Assembly (NCBI GenBank): GCA_004431415.1
Contig: QPMI01000289.1
Span: forward strand, 1 to 64,000
DNA: 64,000 nt
Source: Cyanophora paradoxa CCMP329
Taxonomy: Eukaryota; Plantae; Glaucophyta
Direction of reading: 5' to 3'
Shown here: piece after piece, positions 11,947 through 25,570 of the stretch
Layout: every line of letters begins with the position of its first letter
How positions within the stretch are numbered: position 1 is the first letter of the stretch
Notes under the pieces: model-generated
What the model saw: only the letters and a program-made list of their open reading frames with translations
The model's database searches: none
What the model was told of the DNA's origin: nothing
Position numbers and translations under genes: made by a program

Positions 11947-14900
11947 ATGAAGGTCGACAACGTCCTCGGCGCCATCGGTGCGTTTCCCTTGCCACACCGC
12001 CGCCACCCATGGCGCCGGCCAGGCCTAGGCCTGCGACGTTTATATATTTAGGCACGTCGGCGGCGGTGTCGCCCCGCGGCCGCGGCGCACGCGCTTGAAT
12101 TTAAAGCGTTTGCACTATCATGATTCGCTGACATGTACATATGCATTGCGCGCCGCTGCGGCAGGCAACACGCCGCATGTGCGTATGAGCCGGCTCTACA
12201 AGGAGGCCGAGGAGCGCGACGTGAGCCACCCCGGCCCGGGGCCAGCCTAGGCCTGCCGGCCGCGGCCTATGAGCCGCCGCGCTCGTCGCGGGCTATAGCT
12301 ACGCGCGCTCTAGATCTTGAATAAATCTAATTAAAATTCGAGTGCCTTGCCAACATCGATAACTCACCCTTCGGTTCGGTTTTGCACTCGCGATCGCCAG
12401 ATCAAAGTGTACTGCAAGCTTGAGCGCTCGAACCCAGGTGCGGCTTCCCGTGCACCTGTCCCAGCCCAGCGCTAGCCCGGCCCGGCCTCGAGCTCATGAT
12501 CATGGGGTTGCGCGCGCACGCGCAGGCGGGTCGATCAAGGACCGTATCGCCCTCAAGATGTCAGTCCGCCGCCCCTGGGCCTGGGCCTGCCTCCTGCTCG
12601 CCGTCCCCGGGGCGCGATGCTCAAGCCAGCGGCCGGGCCGGCGCCCGGCGCCCGCAGGCTCGAGGACGCCGAGGAGCGCGGGGTACTCAAGAAGGGCATG
12701 GAGGTGCGCTGCACCCGGCCCGCCCGAGCCTACGGCCTGATGGCGAACCCCCCCGCGCCGCGGCCGCCCCCGCCCGGAACCCCGGGCCCGCCTTCCCCGC
12801 CCGCGTGCTGCTCTGAGCCTGATCATGACGCCTGCCGGATGTCGGCGAATTTAAAGGTCATTGAGCCGACGAGCGGGAACACCGGCATCGGTGCGCGGCG
12901 TGCTGCCTAAGCTTATATTTATACGCCCCACGTGCACCGGTACCCCGCGAGCCTGATCGATACCGTACGCGTCATGCAGGCCTGGCCATGGTTTGCGCAA
13001 TCAAGGGGTGCGTCCGCGCGATCCCTCCCTGCCTGCCTGCTCGATCCCTACGATCGACTTCGAATATTAATTCAAACTCTCGCGGGCACGCGCGCAGATA
13101 TCCTCTCACGCTCGTGCTCCCGGAGTGCGCCTACCCCATTCTCGCCCCTGTACCCCCGCGTCGCCCCACCCGACAGGCCCCCCACCCTCCCCTCTCAGGA
13201 CCGTTTCCCTCGAGCGCCGCCGCCTTATCGCTGCATACGGGTACGGGCACAGATTTAGCTCCAGAGCGCCGAGGAGCATATATATAGGCATAGACAAGAC
13301 CAAGCGAAGATTCCGAGGTTCCGAGGGCGCGCACCCCGCAGGGCCAAGGTGATCCTCACCCCGCGGACGATGAATTTGCAGATGGTCATCAGGTACACCC
13401 AGGATCTGGTACCCGGCCTTCGCCCCCCCCCCCCTTCCCCCCGCCCAGGCCCGGCCCCGGCCCGGGGCCCGGGGGCCGGGGCTCTTCTAAAATGTTAGCC
13501 TCAATATATATATTATGATCTGTGACCGTTGAACGTCCTCTTCCGCGCCAGGCCGCGGCGAACCCGAACTACTTCATGCCGGCTCAGTTCGAGAACGAGG
13601 CCAACATCCGCGCGCGTACCCCTGCACCCCAACGATCCCTGTACCCCCTTCGCGATTGACGTTTCGGGGCAGGCGCACGTCGAGACGACTTCCGAGGAGA
13701 TCGCCGCCGATTTCCCCGAGGGCAAGTCGTACCCCGCGGCCTAGAAAATGATATTACTTGGAATTTAATGGCCTGAGCCGGGCCGGGGGTCCCGCAGGGA
13801 TTGACTACATCATTACTGGCGTTGGCACTGGCGGGTGCGCCGGCGCCCTCGCGATTAATATAGTTTCGGGGCCTCTAGATCTGCCCAGCCCTTTGAATTT
13901 AGATCTCATGATCAAGATCCGATCCCGGAGAGAGCTTGCCGCCTTCTCCGCGCACCTTATAATTAAGCTTCCTCCCCGTTGACGTTGCCTATCGTGATCG
14001 CCGCATGCTCAGGCACCTCTCCGGATGCGCCATGGCCCTCAAGCAGCGCTGGTCTAAGCTGAAGGGTCCGATCCGCCCCCATCCCATATCCTATCTGATT
14101 CGCCGGTTGCAATTGCAATTGACGTCTAACGGCCGCTGGCTGCACGATGAATATATTTCGATCGTATACGTATACACGTACTTCGTCTTTCGCTCCTGCT
14201 GCGCTCAGTGACTGATCATTCCGGCGTGCGCGCCCGCAGTCTTCGGCGTTGAGCCCGCCGACTCTGCCGTCCTCTCCGGCGGTCCGCCCCCGCCCCCGAT
14301 CGCGAGCGAGGCCTAGGTTTGAGCCGGGCACTCTGCCCCTCACGCCCCCGCGCCAGGCAAGCCCGGCCCGCACAAGATCCAGGGCATCGGGGGCGGCTTC
14401 ATCGTCAAAACCTGCCGCGTCGAGGCGCGCGCGCCGCTCCCCTCTGGCGCAGCCGCTGCGTCCGGCGCCGCGCGGCTGATGCACGAGGCGGCCGGGGGCG
14501 CAGCTGATGGACGGCGTCGTCACCGTCACCAACGAGGAGGCCTACGGCCCGCCCCGCCCCGCCCCCCGCCCCCGCCCCCGCCCCCCGCTGAAGCCGCCCC
14601 GCTGATCACGAGCGGGGGCCGCAGAGTACGCGAAGCGGTCGGCCCGCGAGGAGGGCGTCTTCCTCGGCATCAGGTGCACGTGCCCCGCCCCGGGCCCGTC
14701 CCGCCGCGCCCCCGCCGGGCCCGGGAAGCTAAGCACAAGGCTTGGGGGCCGGGGGCAGCTCGGGGGCCTCGCTGGCGGCGGTCGCCAAGAAGCTCCCCGA
14801 CATCCCCGCCGGCTCCACCGGTGCCCGCGCCTTGCCCCCGCCCCCCGTCGAGCTCCCCTCCCGAGGCCGGGGCTCGCCGGCAGTGCTCACCTTCTGCTAC

Positions 14901-15140
14901 GACACGGGCGAGCGCTACCTCTCCGTCGACGGCCTCTTCGAGGTCCCCGCGCCCCGGCCCTGCTCGCGCGCCTAAATTAAAGCTAGCTCGATCTATATAT
15001 AGCGAGCTACAGATCGGGACCCCTCAGATGAGAGCTGCAGGCTCGGCCCCTTGCAATTGACCAGGACGGGGGGCGCAGGTCCAGCCGGGGCAGTTCACCT
15101 TCCTCCCCGGCTGCTCCGCCGACCCCATGGCCACCGGCGC
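11947..15140 (+). CDS. cysK: Cysteine synthase (O-acetylserine (thiol)-lyase), about 18 short exons; 3' end approximate
   Basis: Spliced translation [14 protein letters not shown]...[16 protein letters not shown] (PLP lysine)...[13 protein letters not shown]...PETVSLERR...QFENEAN...GVGTGG...[10 protein letters not shown]...[14 protein letters not shown]...DTGERYLS. Confidence 0.95.
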
Positions 15141-16744
15141 CCCCGCCCCCCCTCCCGCCCCGGCCCCCGCCCCGGCCCCGGCCCCGGCCCCCGCCGCCGC
15201 CCCGGCCCCGGCCCGTTAAGCCTCCCTTCGGGATCCCCGGCGCCCGGCCGCGCGCGGCCTCCAGCCCGTAGCCCGCTCGCTCGCGATCGTCGCAGCTGCA
15301 CCGAGCTCGAGGCAGTATACGTATACATATTCAAGCTCTTCAACATTACGAGGCTTGGAGCAGAAATTCTTGTACATGCATACTCCTGAAGAATTTTGAA
15401 ACGATCAAATGTATCGATATCGATATCGATATCTAGGCCTAGGCCTGCAGCTGCCTGAAAGATATCGATCTGCAGCTGAATTTCGAAAGCACCTGCAGCT
15501 GCGTGATCTGAACGCGCCTGGGCCGGAGAAAATTTGCCTAATTTCTATAGCTACGAAAACATGCATGCAAACGTACATGTACAGCAGCAGCTGCAGGTAC
15601 GCGATCGGCTGCGCTGCAGCGGGCGCGGCTGGTCGCGGCCGGCGCATGCACGTGGCCGTGGCCATATGCACGGCCACGGTCAGCTCTTGTCGAACCGCGA
15701 GTCCAGCGCGTACGCCCGCCCGCCCCGCCGCGGCCGCGCCGGGCCTTCGAATCTAGCTGCAGCTGCAGATGCCTCCTCCGGGTCCGCTCCCACCGGCTCC
15801 TTGTCGGAGGCGCACTCGTCCGAATCTGCTGAAGAGCCGCTGCCCGCCCCGCGCCCGCGCCCGCGCCCGCTCCCGCGCGCTCCAGAACTCCCGCGGCCGT
15901 CACTCGCAAGTCGCAGGCCAGCGCGGCCGGCCGCGTTTCCCATGCGGGAGCTGTCCCAGCTACAAGCTTCAAGCCCTAGGCCTGAAGTACTAGTACTAGT
16001 ACTGATGCTCTCGAATGCTGCGCGCGCGGGGCGCTGCCGCGGCGTCCTCCTAGCTAATAGGCCTATGCCTCTAGATCCAGACCGCGGCGCGCGTCCACGT
16101 CCTCCTTCTAGATCCAGATCTGCTGCCGCTGGCAAACTGTACTGCGCGCATGTAGCTGGCAGTTGCGCCAGCAGGGGCGATGAGCATCCGCGCGCGCCGT
16201 ACGAGGCCTATAGCTAGGCCGTCATATGCATGATGGCGCGCGCCGGCGCGCGCGCCGGTTCACATTCGAATTCCTGGGGAGTACCGGTCCACTTCCAAGG
16301 TCGCCAGGCGAGAAGCTGCAGCTTGCTGTCGCTGTACTCGCGTCAGCTTACGATGTAGCTATAGGTGCGCCTGGCGACGAGCCGCGCCATTTTGCGGGGG
16401 GAGGGTCTGATCCCAGCCGGGTACGGCGTTTACAATCGCGAGCACCCGCGAGGCCGGCACGCTCCGCCTGCCCGCAAGGTCGTCGCCTCGAGCTCAAGCA
16501 GTGGCAGCGCCTCGTCGGTGCGCCCAACTCCCAGGCTCGCCGTCATCGCGCGCGCCATCAAATCCTGACGTTTCGAATTCGTCGCTTCAATTCTCGGGTG
16601 CGCGCCCAGGCTTCACAAGCATGTTCGTCTTCGATCTTCGAGCGAGCGCGCGGCGTCACTCGCTCGCCTGCTGCTCGTTTTTGGGCCCGGGCCGTGCGTG
16701 CTTAACCGGCTTGTCCAGAGAAAAGCTGCAGCCGAGCGAGAAGC

Positions 16745-19700
16745 ATGGGCGGCGTGTGCTGCAAGAAGAGCCCACAGCCGCTCACCGTGCACCTTGATGG
16801 ACCCTTCGCGCCGATCAAGCCGAAGAGCAGCACGCCGGCGTCCAGCGAGGAGGGCGTGCTGACGATCAGCAACGGCGAGAAGAAGGTCGCGAGCGCAGCG
16901 CCAGCGGCGCCAGCAGCGCCCGAGAAGCAGCACCAGGAGCAGCTGCAGAAGCCGGCCCCGATGTGCGATGACGCGCCGCCCGCGAAGGGCGAGAAGCCTC
17001 CGGCCGCGGCAGCCGCGCTGGAGGTCGCGGACGTGTCGCTGGAGCTCGAGTTCGGCGGCGGAGCGTCGGCCGGCGCCGGCGGCATCGACGGCGTATGCGA
17101 AGCGGCGGCGCTGCGGGCGCTGGGCGGGGCGTGGGAGGCGCGGAGCCTGGCGCAGCTGGCCGCGCTGTACCGCCTCGCGCACGAGGCGGACGCGGCGGAG
17201 TCGATGCCGCTCGTTCGCGACGGGTTCGGCGGGGACGCGGCGGCCGCTCGCGCGAGCCTGCGGCGTCTCTGCGAGAAGGGTGCGCACGTCCAATCCCCTG
17301 CGCTCGGCCCCGCCCGACGCGCGCGGCCGCACGCAGCGCTCTCTGTGTTCGCGAGCGAGGGTGCGCCGACGGAGGAGCAGCTCGCGGACATCTGCGGCCT
17401 CGTCGCCTCCGGCGACGCCGAACTGTGCCGCAGGGCGCGCCCGCCGCCCGCTGCCCGCTCGCGCGCTCGGCTCTGATGCGGGGCCGGCAGCTGGCGGACG
17501 CGCTGCTGAAGAAGGCGGGCGGGTCGCAGCTGGCGGACCCGCGGCTGCTGGGCGCCGTCGCCCGCACGCTGGAGCGCCTCCCGCCGGGCACCTTCTCCTC
17601 CTCCGACTGGGGCAGCGTCACCGGCTTCTGCGCCGCCCAGGTGGCCCCCGCCCGCCCGCCCGCCGAGGCCCGCCGCGCCCCTGATCCCGCCCGCGCAGCT
17701 CGACCCCGCGGTCTTCAAGGCAGGCCCCGCCCGCCCGCGCCGGGGCGCCGGGGCGCCGGGGCTGAGGGGCGCGGGGCAGGGGGCGGCGCCGCAGGACGCG
17801 GACTCGCACGCGCGCCTCGAGCTCGTCGCTGCCGTCCTCGCCGCCCTCGAGGCCGCCGGCGACGGTGCGCCCGCCCCCTGCCCCCGCCGCGGCGCGGGGC
17901 TGACGGGGCGGGCAGCGGGGACGCGCGGGCGCGGGTGGGGCACGAGGACCTGGTGCGGCCGCTGAACGGACGGCTGGACGAGATCGCGCGGCAGGCGCGG
18001 GGGGAGGGCTGGTGGCGCGCCGAGGCGGCGGCGCGGCTCGCGCAGCAGGCGCTCGTCGCCGCGCGCTCCGACTTCGACCGCTTCGGCGACGCCGTGCGCC
18101 GCGCGAAGGCCGCCGGTGCGCCCGCCCCGCCGCGCGCCGGTGCGTGTCGGGGCTGACGGGGCGGGCCAGGGCGGGTGGCGGTGGTGCTCTTCCGCGCCGG
18201 CCGCCTCGTGGCCGAGGGCGTCGCTACCTGCGGCGCCGCCACCGTGCGCCCTTGCCCCCCGCCCCCCTGCCCCCCCCCCCCCCTACCCCCTACCCCCTCC
18301 CTCCCCATCCCCTCCTCCAAACAGCCCCCACCCCTCCCTCCCCTACCCTTCCCTCCCCTCCGCCCCCCTCCGTCCCTCAACCCCCCCCCCCCCTCCCCCT
18401 CCTCTCCTCTCCCCGCCCCCGCCGAAAAGCTCCCCCCTTCCCTCCTCTTCTCCCTCCCAACCCCCTCCCCGCTACACCGCCCGCCCCTCCGCCTTCGCCG
18501 GCCGCGCCGCCGCCGATGCCGGCGCAGGTGATCGACATCGTTCTGCTGTGCGCGGAGCACCGGAACGACGCGGCCGAGCTCCTCCGCGAGGTGCGGCGCG
18601 CCCCCGGCGGCCGGCCGGCCCCGCCAGAGCGGACGCCGCCACAGATCGATTCGTTCACGCTGCCGAACCCCGGCTGCCTTTCGCGCCGCTCATCCGCGGG
18701 GGCCGCAGGTGTGGGGCGCGGCGAGGGTGGTGGCGGGGGCGGACCAGCCTGCGAGCCGGCAGCGCTGGTTCGCGCGGGCGCGGCTGCTGGGGACGCTGGC
18801 GGCGCGCGGGCCGGGGACGAGCTGGAGGCGCTGCTGGAGGAGGCGGACGGGGCGGCCCTGGCGGAGGCGGCCGCCTGCCGCGAGCTCGCCCTGGCGCTCT
18901 GCGCCGCCCTCTTCCGCCTCGCCGGCGCCGGCTGGCCGCGGGCCGCCGCGCACGTCTACATGCTCGCCCGCCGCGCCGTCGAGGCCGGCGACGCCGGCGC
19001 GGGCCGCTGGAGGCGGCGGCGGGGCCCTCGCCTCGCTCGCCGCCCTCGAGGGGGCGGCCCGGTCGCCGAGGAGGCCCTCACCTGGCTCCGCCGCCTCGCC
19101 GCCTCCAAGAGCAGCAGCGCCGCCGCCGCCGCCGCCCGCGCCGCCGCGAAGCGGACCCTCCGCCTCGACCCCGCCGCCCTCGCGGCCGCCGACTCGTGCA
19201 AGGCCCTCCCCTGCCCGCGCCTCGCGCCGGTGCCGCCGGCCGCCCCCGTCGCTCCCCTCCCTGGTGGCGGCCCGTCGGAGCTGCTGCGGGTGGCGCGCGC
19301 GGCGGCGCCGGCGGAGGAGCGGCTCGCCGAGGCGCTGCAGCAGGCGCGGGCGGCCGCGCTGGCCAAGTACGAGGCGGAGGAGGCCGAGCTGGCGAGGAAA
19401 GCACTGGAGGAGGCGGCGCACCTGCTCGTGTACGTGCCGGCGAAGGCGACGGCGGAGGCGGAGACGCGCGCCGCGCCGGACGCGCCCCGCTTCGACCTCG
19501 AGGAGGCGCTCGCGGCGTTCGCGGAGCGGGGCGAGGGGCCGGCCGGCCGGGGGCCCTACCGCAGCCTCCTCCTCTCCGGCGACTCGGGCTGCAGCAAGAC
19601 GACCGTCCTGCGCCGCCTCCACCGCCGCCTGCTCGCCGCGTGGCGCCCCGGGCGGCCCTTCCCCGTCTTCCTCTCCCTCCCCTCGCTCGGGCCCCACCGC

Positions 19701-22700
19701 CGCCTGGCCGACGCGCTGCTGCTGTCGGCCGGCCTCCCCGCGGACCAGTCCTCTCTGATCGCCGAGCTCCCCAAACGGTGCCTCCGTGTCACCCGCCGCC
19801 GCCCGCCTCCTCTGATCATCCCTCCTGCAGCGGCGGCCTTCTCGTTCTTTTGGACTCATATGACGAATCAGCCGATGGGAGGGAGGGCAAGGCGCCGTAC
19901 GCGATGGACGCTGATCTGCCGCGGCTCGCGGCGCGCCTCGTCGTCGCCTGCCGCGCCACCTTCATCCCCTGCCTCGGCGCCCGCTACCGCGTGCGGCCCG
20001 GTCGACCCAGGGCCCTTCTCGAATGGAGCGCTCACGCGCGCCTGCGCCGCAGGAGCGGTTTGCGCTGGACGAGGCGTCGGGCGCCCGCTCCGTGTGCGAG
20101 GCGTGGACCTGCCCCTTCTCTCCCGAGCAGGCTCGCCGCCCCAGCCGCGCCCCGCCGCGCCCCGCCGCTCCCGCCTCGCGCGAGCCCCTTCGCAGATCGA
20201 GGAGTACGTCGACCTGTGGGTCAAGGAGGCCCGGCCCGACGGCGACGCCAAGTGGTGCGCAGCTTGCATTGTTGATCTGTCTGTTCTGAACGTATCGTAC
20301 TCTGAGCGCGCCGCATGCACAGGCACATGGAGACGCTGCGGGAGGTGCACGGTCTGCTGGACGTCATCCGCACGCCCTTCGTGCTCTCCATCGCCCTCCG
20401 CGCCCTCCCCAAGATCAAGGCCAACTCGGCGGGCGGCGCCGGGGGGCGCCTCAGAGAGGGCGACCGCGTGCTCCTGCGCGACGTGTACGACGCGTTCGTG
20501 GCGGGCTGGCTCGAGCGGGAGGAGGACCGGTGGGCCCCGCGGGGCGGCTCGGCGGCCCTGGCCGACGAGTGCCGCCGCCTCTGCATCGAGATCGCGCGGC
20601 TGATGGACCGCGCCCGCACGACCGCCTTCTCGGTGCCCCTCGCCAAGTCGACTGGTCTCGGGCAACAGCTCGCCCTCGAACCGCTTTCCGAACCCGAGCG
20701 CGCAACGCGGCTCGCCTCCGAGATCCTCAAGAGGCTTCAGGCACGCCGCGGCCCGCCACTGTCTGTACTTGCGACTCCGCCGCTGACCGCGCCCCGCGCA
20801 GCGCTCGAAGGAGGCGGTGCTGGACGCCGCGCCGTTCCACCGCGAGGTCTGCTCCGCCGACGCCGGCGCTCGCGGCCAGGAGATCCTCTACCGCTTCCTT
20901 CACGGCGCGTGCCCCGGCCTCTCGCTCGCGGTCGTGCCGCGGTTCGAATTCTGATCGCGGGTCGCGCAGCGTCGCTGAAGGAGTACTTCATTGCGGACGG
21001 CATCCACCGCCTCCGAGGCGAGGAGGCCATCGCGGAGCTCGGCCGCCGGTGCGAATCGGCAGAGCCTCCCCTGTACTGCAATTGCGAATTGCCTAACAAC
21101 GTTGCGCACGGCCCGACTGCAGGTCGTACGTCGATGACTCCGCAATCGTGCGGTTCCTGGCGGAGCGCGCGCGCCGCGAGCCTTCCTTCCGCGAGATGCT
21201 TTGGGGCATCGTCCGCCTCTCGCGCGACGTTCCCTGCAACTCGCCCAAAGCCATCGCCGCGTGCAACGCGCTCACGGTGCTGAACGCCGCCGGCGAGTCG
21301 TTCGCGGGGGCCGACCTGCGCGGCGTGCGCGCCCCGGGGGCCGACCTGTACCGCATGGAGGCCGCCGGCGCCGACCTGCGCGAGGCCGACCTCAGCGGGG
21401 CCTGCCTCCAGGAGGCGAACCTGTCGGGGGCGGACCTGCGCGGCGCTGTACTCGAGAACGTCCGCACGGGCCTGCAGGTGCTAATGATAATAATTCGAAA
21501 GGCATAATCGTATTTGCACGCATGTTGCCGACACTCTCCGTGTCGCAGCCGCTGTACAGGCTCAAGAAACCCGATGGCAAGCTCCCTTCCGGGGAAGCCT
21601 CAATCGCGAGCAAGCACGACAGGCCCGCCATCAACGCCGTCAACGCCGTCGCCTTCTCTCCGCTGAAGGAGAACGGCCTCGTCGCGACGGGCTGGGAGGA
21701 CGGGACGCTCGCGCTCCTGCGCGCCGGCACGACAGAGGAGTTTCTGGTGGTCGACACGGGCGTCAGTATTGCTCGCATCATATTTACGCCCGTGCGTCTT
21801 GCAGCTGCCATGTCTTTGTTTGCGCCCCGCGTGACCGGCTGCGTGCGCGAGCAGAGTGGCGGGGCGCTCTACGTGGCAGGGGCCGATGGGTTCGTGCGGC
21901 TGCGCTCCTCCATGGACGGGTCGGTCATTCGCGAGTGGAAGGCGCACGAAGGACCCGCGCTTGCGATGGCCCTCTCCAAAGCGCGTGCACTGCAACCCGC
22001 ACCGATTGCAGGTTATATTACTCTCGTGGGCTGAGCGTTCGTCAGGATGGGGTGTATTTGGCAACGGGCAGCACAGACGGGACGGTGCGGGTCTGGAGGG
22101 CGGCGGACGGGCAGCTGCAGCAGACATATGACGGCCATGCCGGCCGTGTTTTCGCTCTCGCGTTCTCGCCGACGGATGCGGCGCTGGTGGCTTCTGGCGG
22201 GGAGGATGGGAGCGTGCGGCTGTGGCGAGACGGCGAGGAGGTCGGCGTGCTGCGCGGCTTTGCAAAGGCCGTCAAAGCCGTCGCGTTCTCGCCAGTGCGC
22301 CCCCTCTGTTAACGTTGCGACCGTCGGCGGTCTTCCATCCGCCCCCGCTGAGGGCGAGGCTGCGCAGGACGGGACGCTGCTGGCGTCGGGCGGGTTCGAC
22401 AAGAACGTGCGCCTCTGGAGCGTCGAGGACGGGAGCCTCGTGCAGGAGTTGGCGGGGCACTTGTTTTGGGTCGAGGGGCTCGTCTTCTCCCACGTGCGTT
22501 CGTTCTCCGCCCTGTTCGACGCGGCACGTGCACGTGCACGGCCCGATGGATCCCTTGCATGTGCAGGACGGCTCATTCCTTGCTTCGGCCAGCTGGGACA
22601 AGACTGTGCGTTTTCGTCCTTGTGTGTGCAGTTCTCGCTCATCTGCGATTCCTAATCATGACAATTTGGCTCTCTCGCCGCGCGCAGATTCGCGTGTGGG

Positions 22701-24523
22701 GCCTGCCGGACGGAGCCCAGCAGGCGGTCATCAGCGGGCACACGGACAACATCTACGCCCTCGCCCTCTCGCCCGTGCGCACCACGCTTGCATATGCATG
22801 CGCATGGAACAGAGTCTCCCGCGTGCGATGCGATATCGATGGGTGGCGCGCAGGACGGAACGCTCTTCGTGTCGGGATCGCGGGACAGAACGGTGCGGCT
22901 GTCGGCTGCGGCGACGGTGACGGGCGAGCGGCGGGAGCTGGAGCCGAACGGGTCGACGCGGCGCGTGCCCAGCCTGGCGGTCGCGGCAGCGGAGGGGGCG
23001 ATGCGCTTCGCGGCGGGGAGCTACGACGGCAGCGTCCGCATCCGCTCCGCGGCCGACGGGGCGCTCCTCCGCCTGATGAAGAACCCGCCCGTGGACGGCT
23101 CCGACGCCTTCCCCGCCGCCGTCGCCGAGTCCTCCGCCGCCGCCGAGGTCAACGCCGTCGCCATCTCCGCCGTCCGTTCTGCCCGTACCTCAATATTAAT
23201 GGCGCTAGTGCCGAATTCTTGCTAATCATTATATGCCGGCAGGAGGGGGATTTGGTGGCTTCCGCCGGGACTGACCGCTGGCTGAGCCTGTGGAAAGCGG
23301 ACGGGTCTCTTCTCAGCCACTGGCATGCGCATCACGACGCCATTTGGGGTCTCTCCATGTCGCGGGTACGATGGACCGCGATATTCTAGGCCCCAGGTCG
23401 GCGCTCATTATAAACCTTCCGGGCAGGACGGGAACACACTGGCGTCGTGTTCGGCGGACGGGACAGTGCGGGTGTGGAGGGCGGCGGGCGGTTTCCTGCT
23501 GCGGGAGTACAAGGGCCACGAGGGTCGCGTCTTCGCCGTCGCGGTCTCGCCGAAGGACGCGGCGCTGGTGGCGTCGGGCGGCGAGGACGGGAGCGTGCGG
23601 CTGTGGCAGAACGGCGAGGAGGTGGCCGCGCTGCGGGCCAGCGCCGAGCCCGTCAAGGCCGTCGCCTTCTCGCCGGTCGGCCCCTCCCCGTGCCATGACC
23701 ATCCATCCCCCTCCGCTGATCGCTGGCTGCGCAGGACGGGGCGCTGGTGGCGGCGGCGGGCTGCGACAACACTGTGCGCCTGTGGGGCGTCGCGGACGGG
23801 CGGCTGCGCTGGTCGGCCTCGGGCCACAGCTGGTGGATCACCTCGCTCGCCTTCTCGCCGGTGCGGGCCGCGTGGCGCGCCCATCCCGCAGCGCCCGCCC
23901 TGACGCCGCCCATGGCCAACAGGATGGTTCGAAGATCGCGTCGAGCAGCTTCGACCGCAGCGTGCGCACGGCCCCAACCGTGGCGGCGCCTCGCGTCCCG
24001 TGCGCTCTGCTGAGCCCGGCCCGGCCGCAGGTTCGGGTGTGGGGTGCAGAGGACGGCGCGCCGCTGTGGACCCTGCGGGGCCACACGAGCTGGGTCTTCA
24101 CAGTCGCGTTTACGCCGGTGCGCCAGCTGCTCGAGCGCGCCCGCGCCTGCGCCGCCTGAAATGCAGCGCAGGACGGCAAGCACGTGCTCTCGAGCGGGGT
24201 CGGCGGCAGCATTCGATTCTGGCGCCTCGGGGAGGGGCCGGGGGCGGACGGGGCCTGCGTCCGCCGCGTGGGGCTCACCCAGCAGCTCGAGGCCGTCGCC
24301 ACCCACGTCAGTGCTTCTACTTGCGCATTACATGGCTTCGCCCCCTCCGATTGCGAGTCCTTCGCTCACGCGCCTTTGGATTCCCGCGCTGCAGGTGGAC
24401 GAGACGACGAAGGCGGGGGAGGTGCTGCGGCGGGTCCTGGCGGACCGGGCCGCCCCTCCGCCTGTCGGCTACCCGCGCTCGGATCCCATCGATCCGGCAG
24501 CCGGCTTTTTCGTTTCGAAATGA
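16745..24523 (+). CDS. NACHT (STAND NTPase)-pentapeptide repeat-WD40 protein, copy A
   Basis: Starts MGGVCCKK, then a helical N-terminal region; Walker A-like LLLSGDSGCSKTT, Walker B LLVLLDSYDE, VVACR, PFSPEQIEEYV, RTPFVLSI, YRFLH-SLKEYF, AACNALTVLN; pentapeptides GADLREADLSGACLQEANLSGADL; about 14 WD40 repeats. Some frameshifts occur in G runs. Confidence 0.88.
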
Positions 24524-24619
24524 GCCATGGCCATGGGCAATCGCGACGGGCCGGGATTGAAATCCGACCACCATCATATGCATGCATATGCTGTACAATT
24601 TCTGTATAGCCACTTGATC

Positions 24620-24740
24620 GTGATCATGATCATGATATCGATGTTATCGATGATATCGATGATATCGATGATATCGATGACATCGCACGTTTTTCGAATT
24701 CGGAACGATATCTGAAATCCAGATATCGATATCGATCCGA
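24620..24740. repeat. Simple repeat of palindromic words (GATATC/ATCGAT/TCATGA)
   Basis: ATCATGATCATGATATCGATG...ATATCGATGATATCGATG. Confidence 0.8.
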
Positions 24741-25570
24741 TCCGGCCGCGGATCAGTACGTCGTGCCGGCCTAGCTAGCATCGAAAGTATATATAAGCTC
24801 GAGCTTGAGCTCGCCACGCCGGCAAGCTGAAGGTTTGAGTTCGAGACTCTGAATCAGTGAGATCTGCACATCGCACGGATCCATGAGCCTGCCAGCTGCG
24901 ACCTTCGAATTCGGAACGTTCGATAACGGTATCGATATCGATACTACTTCTAACGTGACGCGTACGCCGTTAGCAGGGCTAGCTGTAGCTGTAGATTATT
25001 TTTATCGCGAAGAGGTGTTAAGCTTCGAAACGTTAATGTTGTACAATTACATGCATGAGCCGGGGTATACGTACCGGTACCCTTGACAGTGAGTGTCGAA
25101 CTCGACTTGCAAATTGAGTACTAGTGCACGTGCACAGGTGCATGGCATATGCATATGCAGATCATCGGATATCGCTGCACTTTAATGCTTGTCAAGATGG
25201 CTTAAGCTTAATGTACAGCGCAAGCTACAGCGCTAGCGACGTACATGATGCTGGGAACGGAGAATTCGATATGATAATGAAAGATTGCAAATTGCAGCCC
25301 CGCGGCGCCTGTCTGTAACAGCTGAAGTGCATGAAAACCTTTTCCTCCATAAGCTTACTGTTTAGAAATTTAATTTACTGTGACCTCAACCTACGAGATT
25401 TCGAAGTATTGAAAGCCCAGCTGCAGAGGCTCCTGAATGAGGCCTTTGATCATGACTTCGAAATACAACAACTTCATTTCAAGCGAACTGATTGGATCGA
25501 ACGAAGACATTCTTACGTATACATTCTTCTTAGCAATAGTCTCTTATAACGTTAGCTACAGGAGAGAGGC

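Noticed and set aside
18790-19030. Frameshifts suggesting the NACHT-WD40 copies are pseudogenes (also about 31990)
   Set aside because: They fall in G/C homopolymers and occur at different places in each copy, which fits long-read indel errors; cannot be decided without reads.
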